DNA from: an uncultured virus (IMG/VR IMGVR_UViG_3300008448_009815)
Lineage: Duplodnaviria; Heunggongvirae; Uroviricota; Caudoviricetes
Reading direction: 5' to 3' (one strand)
Length of the DNA: 56,616 bases
IMG/VR virus record: IMGVR_UViG_3300008448_009815
Span: 62,001 to 118,616 of that record
Below the pieces are notes generated by a model. It was not told the origin of the DNA. It worked only from the letters and a program-made list of their open reading frames with translations, and did no database searches. The translations under genes and the position numbers were made by a program. Position 1 is the stretch's first letter; the number at the start of each line of letters is the position of its first letter. Shown one piece after another: positions 48,314 through 56,038 of this stretch.

Positions 48314-48338
48314 GGAGGGTTAATCACCCTCCTTTTCT
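48314..48338 (+). terminator. Intrinsic terminator
   Basis: GGAGGGT-taatc-ACCCTCC-TTTTCT. Confidence 0.8.
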
Positions 48339-48341
48339 ATT

Positions 48342-48683
48342 ATGGAGAATAGTGAAATAAAATATTTTAAAAAGATTGATGACTTTATTACTTCTTTATT
48401 GGAGAAAACGAATAAAGTGTACAGTGTTATTGAGTGTATGGATTATATTCCGATTACACCTGAACTTTTATTAACTAAACGATTTACAATTGAGTATCTT
48501 GATAGTAAATCTTATGGAGGTTCTTTAATCCATACTGAAGGTATTTTTAGAAATAATGCTGGTATCTATTTGTATTTATCTAAAATGGAGGTTGAGACTA
48601 CTTATAAAATAAAAGTAATATACGACATATCACAACTTGATGAAGTTGTGTTATTCATAAAAAATTTAACAAGATTAAAATAA
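48342..48683 (+). CDS. Hypothetical protein
   Basis: ORF. Confidence 0.6.
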   Translation: MENSEIKYFKKIDDFITSLLEKTNKVYSVIECMDYIPITPELLLTKRFTIEYLDSKSYGGSLIHTEGIFRNNAGIYLYLSKMEVETTYKIKVIYDISQLDEVVLFIKNLTRLK

Positions 48684-48684
48684 A

Positions 48685-48999
48685 ATGGAAATTACAGGAA
48701 ATCAATTACAAGAAAAAATAAATAATGGTGAGAAAGTAATCGTTGAATTATGGGCAACTTGGTGTGGACCCTGCAAAATGATGAAACCAATTTTTGAAAG
48801 AGTTGCAACTGAAAATACTACTAATGTACAGATGTATACGATGGATGTTGATCAAAACAGAGAAGTTGCAATGGCATTAGGGGTTAGGAGCGTACCGACA
48901 ATTAAAGTATTTAATGGTGGGAATGTAACTAACACAAGAGTTGGGGTTCTCCAAGAAAATGAAATAAAAGGTTTAGTTCAAGAATTAATCAATGGATAA
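48685..48999 (+). CDS. trxA: Thioredoxin
   Basis: WATWCGPC active site; VRSVPT cis-Pro loop. Confidence 0.92.
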   Translation: MEITGNQLQEKINNGEKVIVELWATWCGPCKMMKPIFERVATENTTNVQMYTMDVDQNREVAMALGVRSVPTIKVFNGGNVTNTRVGVLQENEIKGLVQELING

Positions 49000-49276
49000 G
49001 GTAGTAGTATTATTCACAATGGAAGGATGTCCTTTTTGTGTTGAGATGAAAGATATGTTAGTTAAAGAAGGGATTGATTTTGTTGATCGCGACATTGACG
49101 AATATGAAGAGGAATATAATATGTTTGTTGAGATAACAGAGAATGAATTTGTTCCGGCATTTATGTTAATTGAAAATCCTGAGACAGAACCGATTAGTCA
49201 ATTATTTGCACCTGATAGAGATTATCAAGATTTAGAAGACGGTGTCAAGATAATTAGAGAATGGATTGAGAAATAA
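48992..49276 (+). CDS. Glutaredoxin/NrdH-like protein
   Basis: FTMEGCPFC and VPAF. Confidence 0.8.
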   Translation: MDKVVVLFTMEGCPFCVEMKDMLVKEGIDFVDRDIDEYEEEYNMFVEITENEFVPAFMLIENPETEPISQLFAPDRDYQDLEDGVKIIREWIEK

Positions 49277-49310
49277 AAAATAAACCCCACCTTTTAGGAT
49301 GGGGTTTTTT
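49276..49310. terminator. Bidirectional intrinsic terminator
   Basis: AAACCCCA-ccttttagga-TGGGGTTT-TTT with A-rich left flank, between convergent genes. Confidence 0.8.
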
Positions 49311-49311
49311 G

Positions 49312-50010
49312 TTAGAATAGAATTATATGTTCTAATAAATCTTGTTTAAGGTACGGTTTTTCACCATCAGGATTCAGGACATCATCAATTAAATTATAAT
49401 CCGACAAACGCTCTCTAAATGAGTCCATATTAAAATCAAATACATCAAGAATAAGTGACTTAATTGATTTCTTGTCAATTTTTGAGTCGGATATAATTTT
49501 AATTTTTAAATCTTCATTATTATCTTCCTCAGTGGTGAAATAAAATGATACTTCATTGACACCTAATAAATTAAACATATGGTTCATTATGTAATGTGAG
49601 TAATATGTGTTTAACCTTCCACAATCTAAACTATAACCATATGGGAATTCTGATGAAATTGATATTTCTGAAATATCAGGTTCAGGTTCCTCAACAAAAA
49701 TATCTTTCTTTACCATAACCCAACCCTTATGAATTGTGTTTATATCCTGATTATATCTAACAACATCAATGGTATTAATATCTGACATTTCCAGCTCCTT
49801 CAGGGTATCACCAAAAGATTCCTTGAACTCATTTTTAATTTCGTTTATGTCTAAATACTCATTTGATGTTGTTAAACCATTAACAACCATAAATGCACCA
49901 CAATCTGTGACTTGGATAATTGATTTTTCTGTTTTGTTGATTTTTGAGAGAATAAAGTCGGCAAATAAATTTACGATTCCTCTTTTTGAATTTTTGTTAA
50001 TTAATCTCAT
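49312..50010 (-). CDS. Truncated/degenerate S-adenosylmethionine synthetase (MetK)-like protein
   Basis: Aligns by eye to the MetK N domain (D.+L..I; V.G..T+..++DI.EI; QDIN) and C domain (R...Y...Y+; L+...FD; P+.K.D). No central domain. Confidence 0.6.
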   Translation of the reverse strand: MRLINKNSKRGIVNLFADFILSKINKTEKSIIQVTDCGAFMVVNGLTTSNEYLDINEIKNEFKESFGDTLKELEMSDINTIDVVRYNQDINTIHKGWVMVKKDIFVEEPEPDISEISISSEFPYGYSLDCGRLNTYYSHYIMNHMFNLLGVNEVSFYFTTEEDNNEDLKIKIISDSKIDKKSIKSLILDVFDFNMDSFRERLSDYNLIDDVLNPDGEKPYLKQDLLEHIILF

Positions 50011-50062
50011 AACTATTAAATTTTTATAATGTGTATGAAATTAAAACAACATTATAAATAGT

Positions 50063-51079
50063 TTAGTAATAAAGACGATCAGGTAACCCGTCATTGATAT
50101 TCTCAACAACTTTTCTATTATCTGGATAGTCAGGAACCCTGATTCTTAAAAAATCATCACTATCGCCCATGTAATGGCGTAACATTGATGAGTAATCACC
50201 ATATTCAAATAAAGTATCCTCATATCCAGCAAATGAATTTAAAAAATTCTCAATATCACTTTTAATGTTTTTAATTTTAATATAAGGTATATATACGGTT
50301 TTTAAACCGTTTTTGTTTTCAACCCAACTGTGCTTACCCTCAAAGTAAGTTGATAACTCATCAAATACCTCCGAGTACACTTCATCATTATATGCCTGAT
50401 TGTAAGCCTCATCACCCAACCAACGAAAACTATTCATCAAATCATTTAAATCACCTTTAAATAATGAATTCATAGAGTCCTCATCCTCAACAACAGACAT
50501 CACATTTGATTCAGTAATGATAAATCTACCATCGTCATCCGACATATCTCTAAACAATTCACTTTTATAATCATCTAAAGATAATTCTTGATTACCAACC
50601 AATTCTAAAACTCTCTCGGCTAATAATTTCATATTCTTTTCGTTAAGTTCTTCAACAATATCTTTATAAACATCGTAAACGGTATCACTATAAGGTTCCC
50701 ACCAATCCTCATCTAAAACATTTTTTACAATATCTCTATCGTTATATTCTCTTGAATACTGGTTGTCCTTAAAAAAATCGGATAACTCAGATAAGTCACT
50801 CAACATTAAATAATAACCATCACCACGAATTTCAACATCACTTAAAAAACCCTGAACAATCTCGTTTAGATATGAAGGATCGTTTTGTAGGCGATATAAC
50901 ATCAACTCATTTACAAACCGTTCATCTTCGTAGTGTATACTATCTAAATCAAAATAATTTAAAAATCCTGCGCGTTTTACATAGGAATAAAATCTTTTTA
51001 CATCACCTCCGAATACATCAGAGATATCATCCCATTCACCATTATTGAATTTATTTACTAAATCTAAAACTTTTGACAT
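50063..51079 (-). CDS. Acidic hypothetical late protein, 338 aa
   Basis: D/E-rich ORF; minus-strand TATTTATA at 51083-51090. Confidence 0.65.
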   Translation of the reverse strand: MSKVLDLVNKFNNGEWDDISDVFGGDVKRFYSYVKRAGFLNYFDLDSIHYEDERFVNELMLYRLQNDPSYLNEIVQGFLSDVEIRGDGYYLMLSDLSELSDFFKDNQYSREYNDRDIVKNVLDEDWWEPYSDTVYDVYKDIVEELNEKNMKLLAERVLELVGNQELSLDDYKSELFRDMSDDDGRFIITESNVMSVVEDEDSMNSLFKGDLNDLMNSFRWLGDEAYNQAYNDEVYSEVFDELSTYFEGKHSWVENKNGLKTVYIPYIKIKNIKSDIENFLNSFAGYEDTLFEYGDYSSMLRHYMGDSDDFLRIRVPDYPDNRKVVENINDGLPDRLYY

Positions 51080-51091
51080 ACCTATAAATAT

Positions 51092-51120
51092 AAAAAAAGG
51101 TGGAAACTTCCGTAACCACC
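51092..51120 (-). terminator. Intrinsic terminator
   Basis: Minus strand GGTGG...CCACC-TTTTTTT. Confidence 0.6.
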
Positions 51121-51145
51121 CATTAATTTCTTTGGTAGAAATAAA

Positions 51146-51292
51146 TTACCTCTTGTTATAATACTTCTCAACGATTTTTTTAACTGACTCTTGAACAGTG
51201 GCATTTTTTACTTGCTGTGGCTGTCCTTGAGCCGGTGCTTGTTGAGTAGCGGGAGTTCCACCATTGTTCTTATTTTTGCATCCACACCCCAT
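51146..51292 (-). CDS. Small protein, 48 aa, MGCGCK N-terminus
   Basis: MGCGCKNKNNGGTPATQQAPAQGQPQQVKNATVQESVKKIVEKYYNKR; has its own late motif (51323-51330) and terminator. Confidence 0.7.
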   Translation of the reverse strand: MGCGCKNKNNGGTPATQQAPAQGQPQQVKNATVQESVKKIVEKYYNKR

Positions 51293-51386
51293 AGCTGATT
51301 GTTTTTATTAGGTTTATTTTCTTATAAATATCTTAATAGAATGTATTTTGTAAATAATTTTGGTATATCAATAATATTTATAAAAT

Positions 51387-52895
51387 ATGAAAAAAGTAAT
51401 TAGACTTACCGAATCAGATTTAATTAAAATAATTAAAACTAAACTCAACGAAGAAGAATCTGAATTTATTGAAATTCCCGCAAATGAATATGAACAGTTA
51501 TTATCTGTAACTGGATATAATGGTGCGGCTCTTGAAAAGACAAGAAGGTTTAGAGGTAAGAAAATAAAAGTAAACGGTAGGTTAGATATATCAGGTAAAC
51601 CAGTTACAAATCTTGGAACAATATATCTACAAGGATCATTAGAGGCAACTAGATCAAAGTTAGAAACTTTAAATGGTGTGACAATTACGGGGTCTAAATG
51701 GTACTATAATACACCATTGGAGTCTAAAGAAAAGATAAGGAAACGAAGAAAAGAATTGGATGATGCCCAAGAAAGAAGAGAAAATGGTGTGTGGGACTTA
51801 GATTATCCGAACATTGATGATGAGGGATTAAAAGCAAATGCTGCGTTTCAGTACCTTGTTGAAAATGGTGAGATAGAAGAAATAACATCAGAAGAAAAAA
51901 GAGAATTAAAAAATTTAGAACAAAGACAACTTAATATTTCTGATAGAATGGAAGCGGAAAATGATGAGGAACTTTTATCTGAATTGCAAAGTGAATACGA
52001 TGAATTACAAGAAGACATTGATGATTTATTAAGAAAGGAAAATAATGATGTTTATGGATTGATACCCAAAAGTTTTGGACATTATAATATGTTATCTTTT
52101 ATGACAACATATGATGATTTTAATGATGTGACAATTGCCGTTGGAACCGAATATGAAGCGGATGAATCAAAAAAAGAATGGGTTGAACAATTATTGGATG
52201 ATGGAGGATATAGACACTTTAATCAATATACGGTTGAAAGACATATTGATGGTGATGAGGTTGCCGACTATTTTGAAGATGTTATTAGAGAATGGATATA
52301 TGATGATCCTGATAATTATGACGTTGTAAAAGATTTAAGTAGAAGTCAAAAAGATGAACTTTGGGTTCTTAAAATGGAGAAATGGGTTTATGAAAATGAA
52401 GGAGTCAGGTTTCCAATAAAGTACCCAACAAAAGAAGAAAATGGAACTGTATTTGATTTTTGGGATGAAGATGAAGAACACGAATTTCAATTAAAATATG
52501 AAGGAAATAAGTGGGTATTATATAAAGACGGATCGATAGTTCAACCAGGTCAACTATATGATGATGAAGACACTGACGATCACCAAGATGATCGTGAAAG
52601 TAGAATTTCTGATATTGAATATGAAATACAAGAAATTGAAGAAAATCCTGATGGTGATTTGGATGAAGATTCGGTTGAAGAAAGGGTTGAAGATAAAAAA
52701 TACGAAATTTCTAATGACCCTATAAGTTGGTTGAGAAATTACGACATGGATGTTGATAATTTTATTGATGAAAAGGCATTTATTGAAGATGTTGCTGGTG
52801 ATGAGGATTATGGTATTTTGAATGGTTACGACTCAACATATGATATTATTAATTTGGGTAACCAAAGTTATGTTGTAATGATAACCGATAAATAA
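51387..52895 (+). CDS. Very acidic late protein with an MKKVIRLTESDL leader and a short beta-solenoid/LRR-like segment
   Basis: TATTTATA at 51375-51382; V.G.L.+S...+..L repeats near the N-terminus. Confidence 0.65.
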   Translation: MKKVIRLTESDLIKIIKTKLNEEESEFIEIPANEYEQLLSVTGYNGAALEKTRRFRGKKIKVNGRLDISGKPVTNLGTIYLQGSLEATRSKLETLNGVTITGSKWYYNTPLESKEKIRKRRKELDDAQERRENGVWDLDYPNIDDEGLKANAAFQYLVENGEIEEITSEEKRELKNLEQRQLNISDRMEAENDEELLSELQSEYDELQEDIDDLLRKENNDVYGLIPKSFGHYNMLSFMTTYDDFNDVTIAVGTEYEADESKKEWVEQLLDDGGYRHFNQYTVERHIDGDEVADYFEDVIREWIYDDPDNYDVVKDLSRSQKDELWVLKMEKWVYENEGVRFPIKYPTKEENGTVFDFWDEDEEHEFQLKYEGNKWVLYKDGSIVQPGQLYDDEDTDDHQDDRESRISDIEYEIQEIEENPDGDLDEDSVEERVEDKKYEISNDPISWLRNYDMDVDNFIDEKAFIEDVAGDEDYGILNGYDSTYDIINLGNQSYVVMITDK

Positions 52896-52924
52896 TTTAC
52901 AGATGACAAAACCTTTATTATACT
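52896..52924 (+). promoter_or_regulatory. Sigma70-like promoter TTTACA-N17-TATACT
   Basis: Exact 17-nt spacer; ATG 7 nt downstream. Confidence 0.6.
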
Positions 52925-52931
52925 TGAATAA

Positions 52932-53723
52932 ATGGCAAGAAAAAAGAAAAATAAAGGAATTGAATTTATAATGGAAACAGATTGGTTATTTGAAAAACCA
53001 ATTGATCAAGAACACAAAGAATATAAATTATTAAGTTACTTCCAAAAAATGGGAGAGAAACTTGATAATATGGAACTATATCCTGGTTTCATAGAGTTGT
53101 CATTGCATTTGGCAAGTATTCAAACCCTAATTAAAGATAAAAAATTAATTTATACTGATAAGAAGTTTGATACGATTGATGATGAACTCCTTGTTAAGGA
53201 TTTGAAAATCAAACAAATTCCTGACATGACACAGGAAGAAACTCAAGAGTTTATTAGTATATTAAAATTTTCCGCACCAAGACTAATGGAGTACTTCAAT
53301 GTTGCAAAGTCCGTGTGGTCAGTCGTGTTTGAAACAATTGAAGTTAAAATTAAAAAGAACAAAAAAAATCTATCGTTAAACAAAGGATACTTTTACTACA
53401 ATGAGAATAAAACAAATAGTTTATATGTTTGGGAGTACAACATAACACCAGCATCAAGAGGTTCCATTGAGAAAAAAACACTTGTAAATTTAATTCATTC
53501 CGAACCAAAAGATAAGTTGACTATACCAAAAATAATTAATACATTTTCTCAATGGAGTTCTGATGAAGAAAAACCATCATTACCTGTGTTTGAAATGAAA
53601 TGTAGTGATATATTCCCAATCAATGAAACATTACTACCATTATTCAAAAGAAAACTGATTTCATATATTAATCAAGAAATGTATGGGAAAGAAAAAAAAG
53701 TGATACAAATTAAAGTTAAGTAA
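52932..53723 (+). CDS. Hypothetical protein
   Basis: 263-aa ORF; its W+.E..ID.E.K.Y.LL.Y.Q motif recalls a Bacteroidota uncharacterised family (unverified). Confidence 0.65.
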   Translation: MARKKKNKGIEFIMETDWLFEKPIDQEHKEYKLLSYFQKMGEKLDNMELYPGFIELSLHLASIQTLIKDKKLIYTDKKFDTIDDELLVKDLKIKQIPDMTQEETQEFISILKFSAPRLMEYFNVAKSVWSVVFETIEVKIKKNKKNLSLNKGYFYYNENKTNSLYVWEYNITPASRGSIEKKTLVNLIHSEPKDKLTIPKIINTFSQWSSDEEKPSLPVFEMKCSDIFPINETLLPLFKRKLISYINQEMYGKEKKVIQIKVK

Positions 53724-53724
53724 T

Positions 53725-53865
53725 ATGGATATAATAGAAATTTTTGAAAAGTTGGTTAAGGAAAATCCAAACGATAGTGATTTGGGTAAAAAAGTTAGAG
53801 AAATGTATCACAAATTAAAGAGTGAAAATAATGGGATTCAACAAGAGGATACTCAGAAAAGATAA
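53725..53865 (+). CDS. Small hypothetical protein, 46 aa (PNDSDLGKKVR)
   Basis: Starts 1 nt after the upstream stop; not in the ORF track. Confidence 0.55.
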   Translation: MDIIEIFEKLVKENPNDSDLGKKVREMYHKLKSENNGIQQEDTQKR

Positions 53866-54013
53866 TATTATTAATAATCTTGATAACCTATCAAGATATC
53901 TATCAGCCGATGCAATTATTATTAGTGACGACTTTTCAAATGAAGTGTTCAAAATGTTCTGCGAAGGAAAAACTGAGGATGAAATCATAAAATATATAAA
54001 TAAAAACAAATGA
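53831..54013 (+). CDS. Small hypothetical protein (MGFNKR...)
   Basis: ATGA-coupled to the glutamine synthetase gene. Confidence 0.55.
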   Translation: MGFNKRILRKDNIINNLDNLSRYLSADAIIISDDFSNEVFKMFCEGKTEDEIIKYINKNK

Positions 54014-55209
54014 AGATTAAACTTGAATATCTGTGGTTAGACGGATATATGCCGGAACCAAATTTAAGAAGTAAGGTAAAAATTGTTAATTACGATGACA
54101 TAAAAAATTCATTTATAACGGGTAGATTTCCTGAATGGAACTTTGACGGATCATCAACAAACCAAGCAGAAACTGGGACTTCAGACTGTATTTTAAAACC
54201 TGTAAGACATTATTTGGATGATAAATTTGGTAGTGTGTATGTTCTTTGTGAGGTTATGAATTCAGACGGAACACCACATCAATCAAATACCAGATCATTA
54301 CTTGGTAATGAACAAGAGGATTTGTGGTTTGGTTTTGAACAAGAATACTTTATCTATGATAGAAAAAATAAATGTATTTTAGGCCACGATGAAAACAACT
54401 TGGAACCACAAGGTAAATATTATTGTGGTGTTGGAGAATATGTTGCGGGTAGAGAATTTGTTGAAGAACATATGAATTTATGTTTAAGGTATGGGATTAA
54501 CATAACAGGAATAAATGCCGAGGTTGCACTTGGACAATGGGAGTATCAAGTATTCTCTCAAGGTAAATTGAAATCAGGAGATGATTTATGGATGTCTAGA
54601 TACCTATTACATAAGTTGTCCGAAAAATATAATTATGGGATTGAACTACACCCAAAACCAATCCAAAAAGGTGAATGGAATGGATCTGGACTTCACACAA
54701 ACTTCTCAAATTATAAAATGAGGGAAGAAGGTGGTGAAAATCATTTTAAATCAATTTTCTCAAGTTTTGCCACAAGACACCAAGAACATATTGAAAATTA
54801 TGGTTCATCAAATGAATTAAGATTGACGGGTAAATTTGAAACCCAATCAATTAATAAGTTTAGTTGGGGTATTTCAGATAGAGGTGCATCAATTAGAGTT
54901 CCACAATCAACCGCAAAAGAATGGAAGGGATATGTTGAAGATAGACGACCATCATCTAATGCTGATCCATATAAAATCATTTATCAAATATGTGAATCAT
55001 TAAGAAACGCTGAAGAGATTGACGACATCAAACATAAAATGAATTATAAACTTGATATGGACAACCTTAAGATGGATTATAAAACAATCCCAACCGATGA
55101 ACTATTAAAAGAATACTTCAATGATGAAGAATTTGAATTGGATGGTAAAACAATGGATGGAAGTAATATCCCTACAAAAGAAATTAAATTTGATTTAAAT
55201 GGAAAATAA
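54010..55209 (+). CDS. glnII: Glutamine synthetase type II
   Basis: LEYLWLDG, WNFDGSST, GFEQEY, PQGKYYCGVG, NAEV..GQWEYQ, WNGSGLHTNFS, RGASIRVP, EDRRPSSN.DPY. Confidence 0.93.
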   Translation: MKIKLEYLWLDGYMPEPNLRSKVKIVNYDDIKNSFITGRFPEWNFDGSSTNQAETGTSDCILKPVRHYLDDKFGSVYVLCEVMNSDGTPHQSNTRSLLGNEQEDLWFGFEQEYFIYDRKNKCILGHDENNLEPQGKYYCGVGEYVAGREFVEEHMNLCLRYGINITGINAEVALGQWEYQVFSQGKLKSGDDLWMSRYLLHKLSEKYNYGIELHPKPIQKGEWNGSGLHTNFSNYKMREEGGENHFKSIFSSFATRHQEHIENYGSSNELRLTGKFETQSINKFSWGISDRGASIRVPQSTAKEWKGYVEDRRPSSNADPYKIIYQICESLRNAEEIDDIKHKMNYKLDMDNLKMDYKTIPTDELLKEYFNDEEFELDGKTMDGSNIPTKEIKFDLNGK

Positions 55210-56038
55210 TATATTTAACAAATTACCCGGAATGATGTTTGGTAAGGGTGAGGGTAACATTAGTTGGTACCCAGAAAGGATTCATACCCTACAAGATTTG
55301 GTATACCAAATTAAACCAAGAAATATTATTGAAATAGGATTCAATGAAGGACATTCAATGGTTTTAATATGTGAGACATTATTGAAAATAATTAATGAAG
55401 ATCCTGATTTTAATAGGAAACCAATAATTGTTTTTGTATTTGATGACTGTAAATATGAGAGTACTGTTAACAATCACTCAATACTTGCCAAGCATTACAG
55501 GAAGTGGAACATACATTTGAGTTTATTTCCTGGTAACTCCCTTGAGGTTGTTCCAAGAGTTTTAGACACATCAAAAACAAAATTTGATTTTATTGAGATT
55601 GATGGGTGCCACTTTGAGGAATGCGTTAGAGGTGATATTAATAATGTGATTAATTTTATTAATGATGATGGTATTGTATATTTGGATGATTATAAGTCCT
55701 CAAAAGATCCTACTGAAGGTGTTAATAATGTAATTGAATCATTTGACTGGCAAGGATTTAATACCTATCATATTGATGGAGTATTTTGGGCTCACAAAAA
55801 GAAAAAAGAAATGGAAGAAAAAAAGGAACAAGTAAATCACCCTAACCACTATGGGGGAGAGTCAAACCCATATGAAGCAATCAAGGTGATTGATGCTTGG
55901 GACTTAGGATTCTCCCTTGGTAATACTGTGAAGTATATCTCAAGAGCGGGTAAGAAAGAGTTAGATAAAGAATTACAGGATCTTAAAAAAGCATTGTGGT
56001 ATTTGCAACACCACATTGAAACATTGGAGAAAAAATGA
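55199..56038 (+). CDS. Class I SAM methyltransferase (Methyltransf_24-like) fused to a DUF3310 domain
   Basis: IIEIGFNEGHS, FDFIEIDGCH and LDDY, followed by VNHPNHY...GNTVKYISRAGKK...DLKKALWYL. Confidence 0.75.
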   Translation: MENNIFNKLPGMMFGKGEGNISWYPERIHTLQDLVYQIKPRNIIEIGFNEGHSMVLICETLLKIINEDPDFNRKPIIVFVFDDCKYESTVNNHSILAKHYRKWNIHLSLFPGNSLEVVPRVLDTSKTKFDFIEIDGCHFEECVRGDINNVINFINDDGIVYLDDYKSSKDPTEGVNNVIESFDWQGFNTYHIDGVFWAHKKKKEMEEKKEQVNHPNHYGGESNPYEAIKVIDAWDLGFSLGNTVKYISRAGKKELDKELQDLKKALWYLQHHIETLEKK

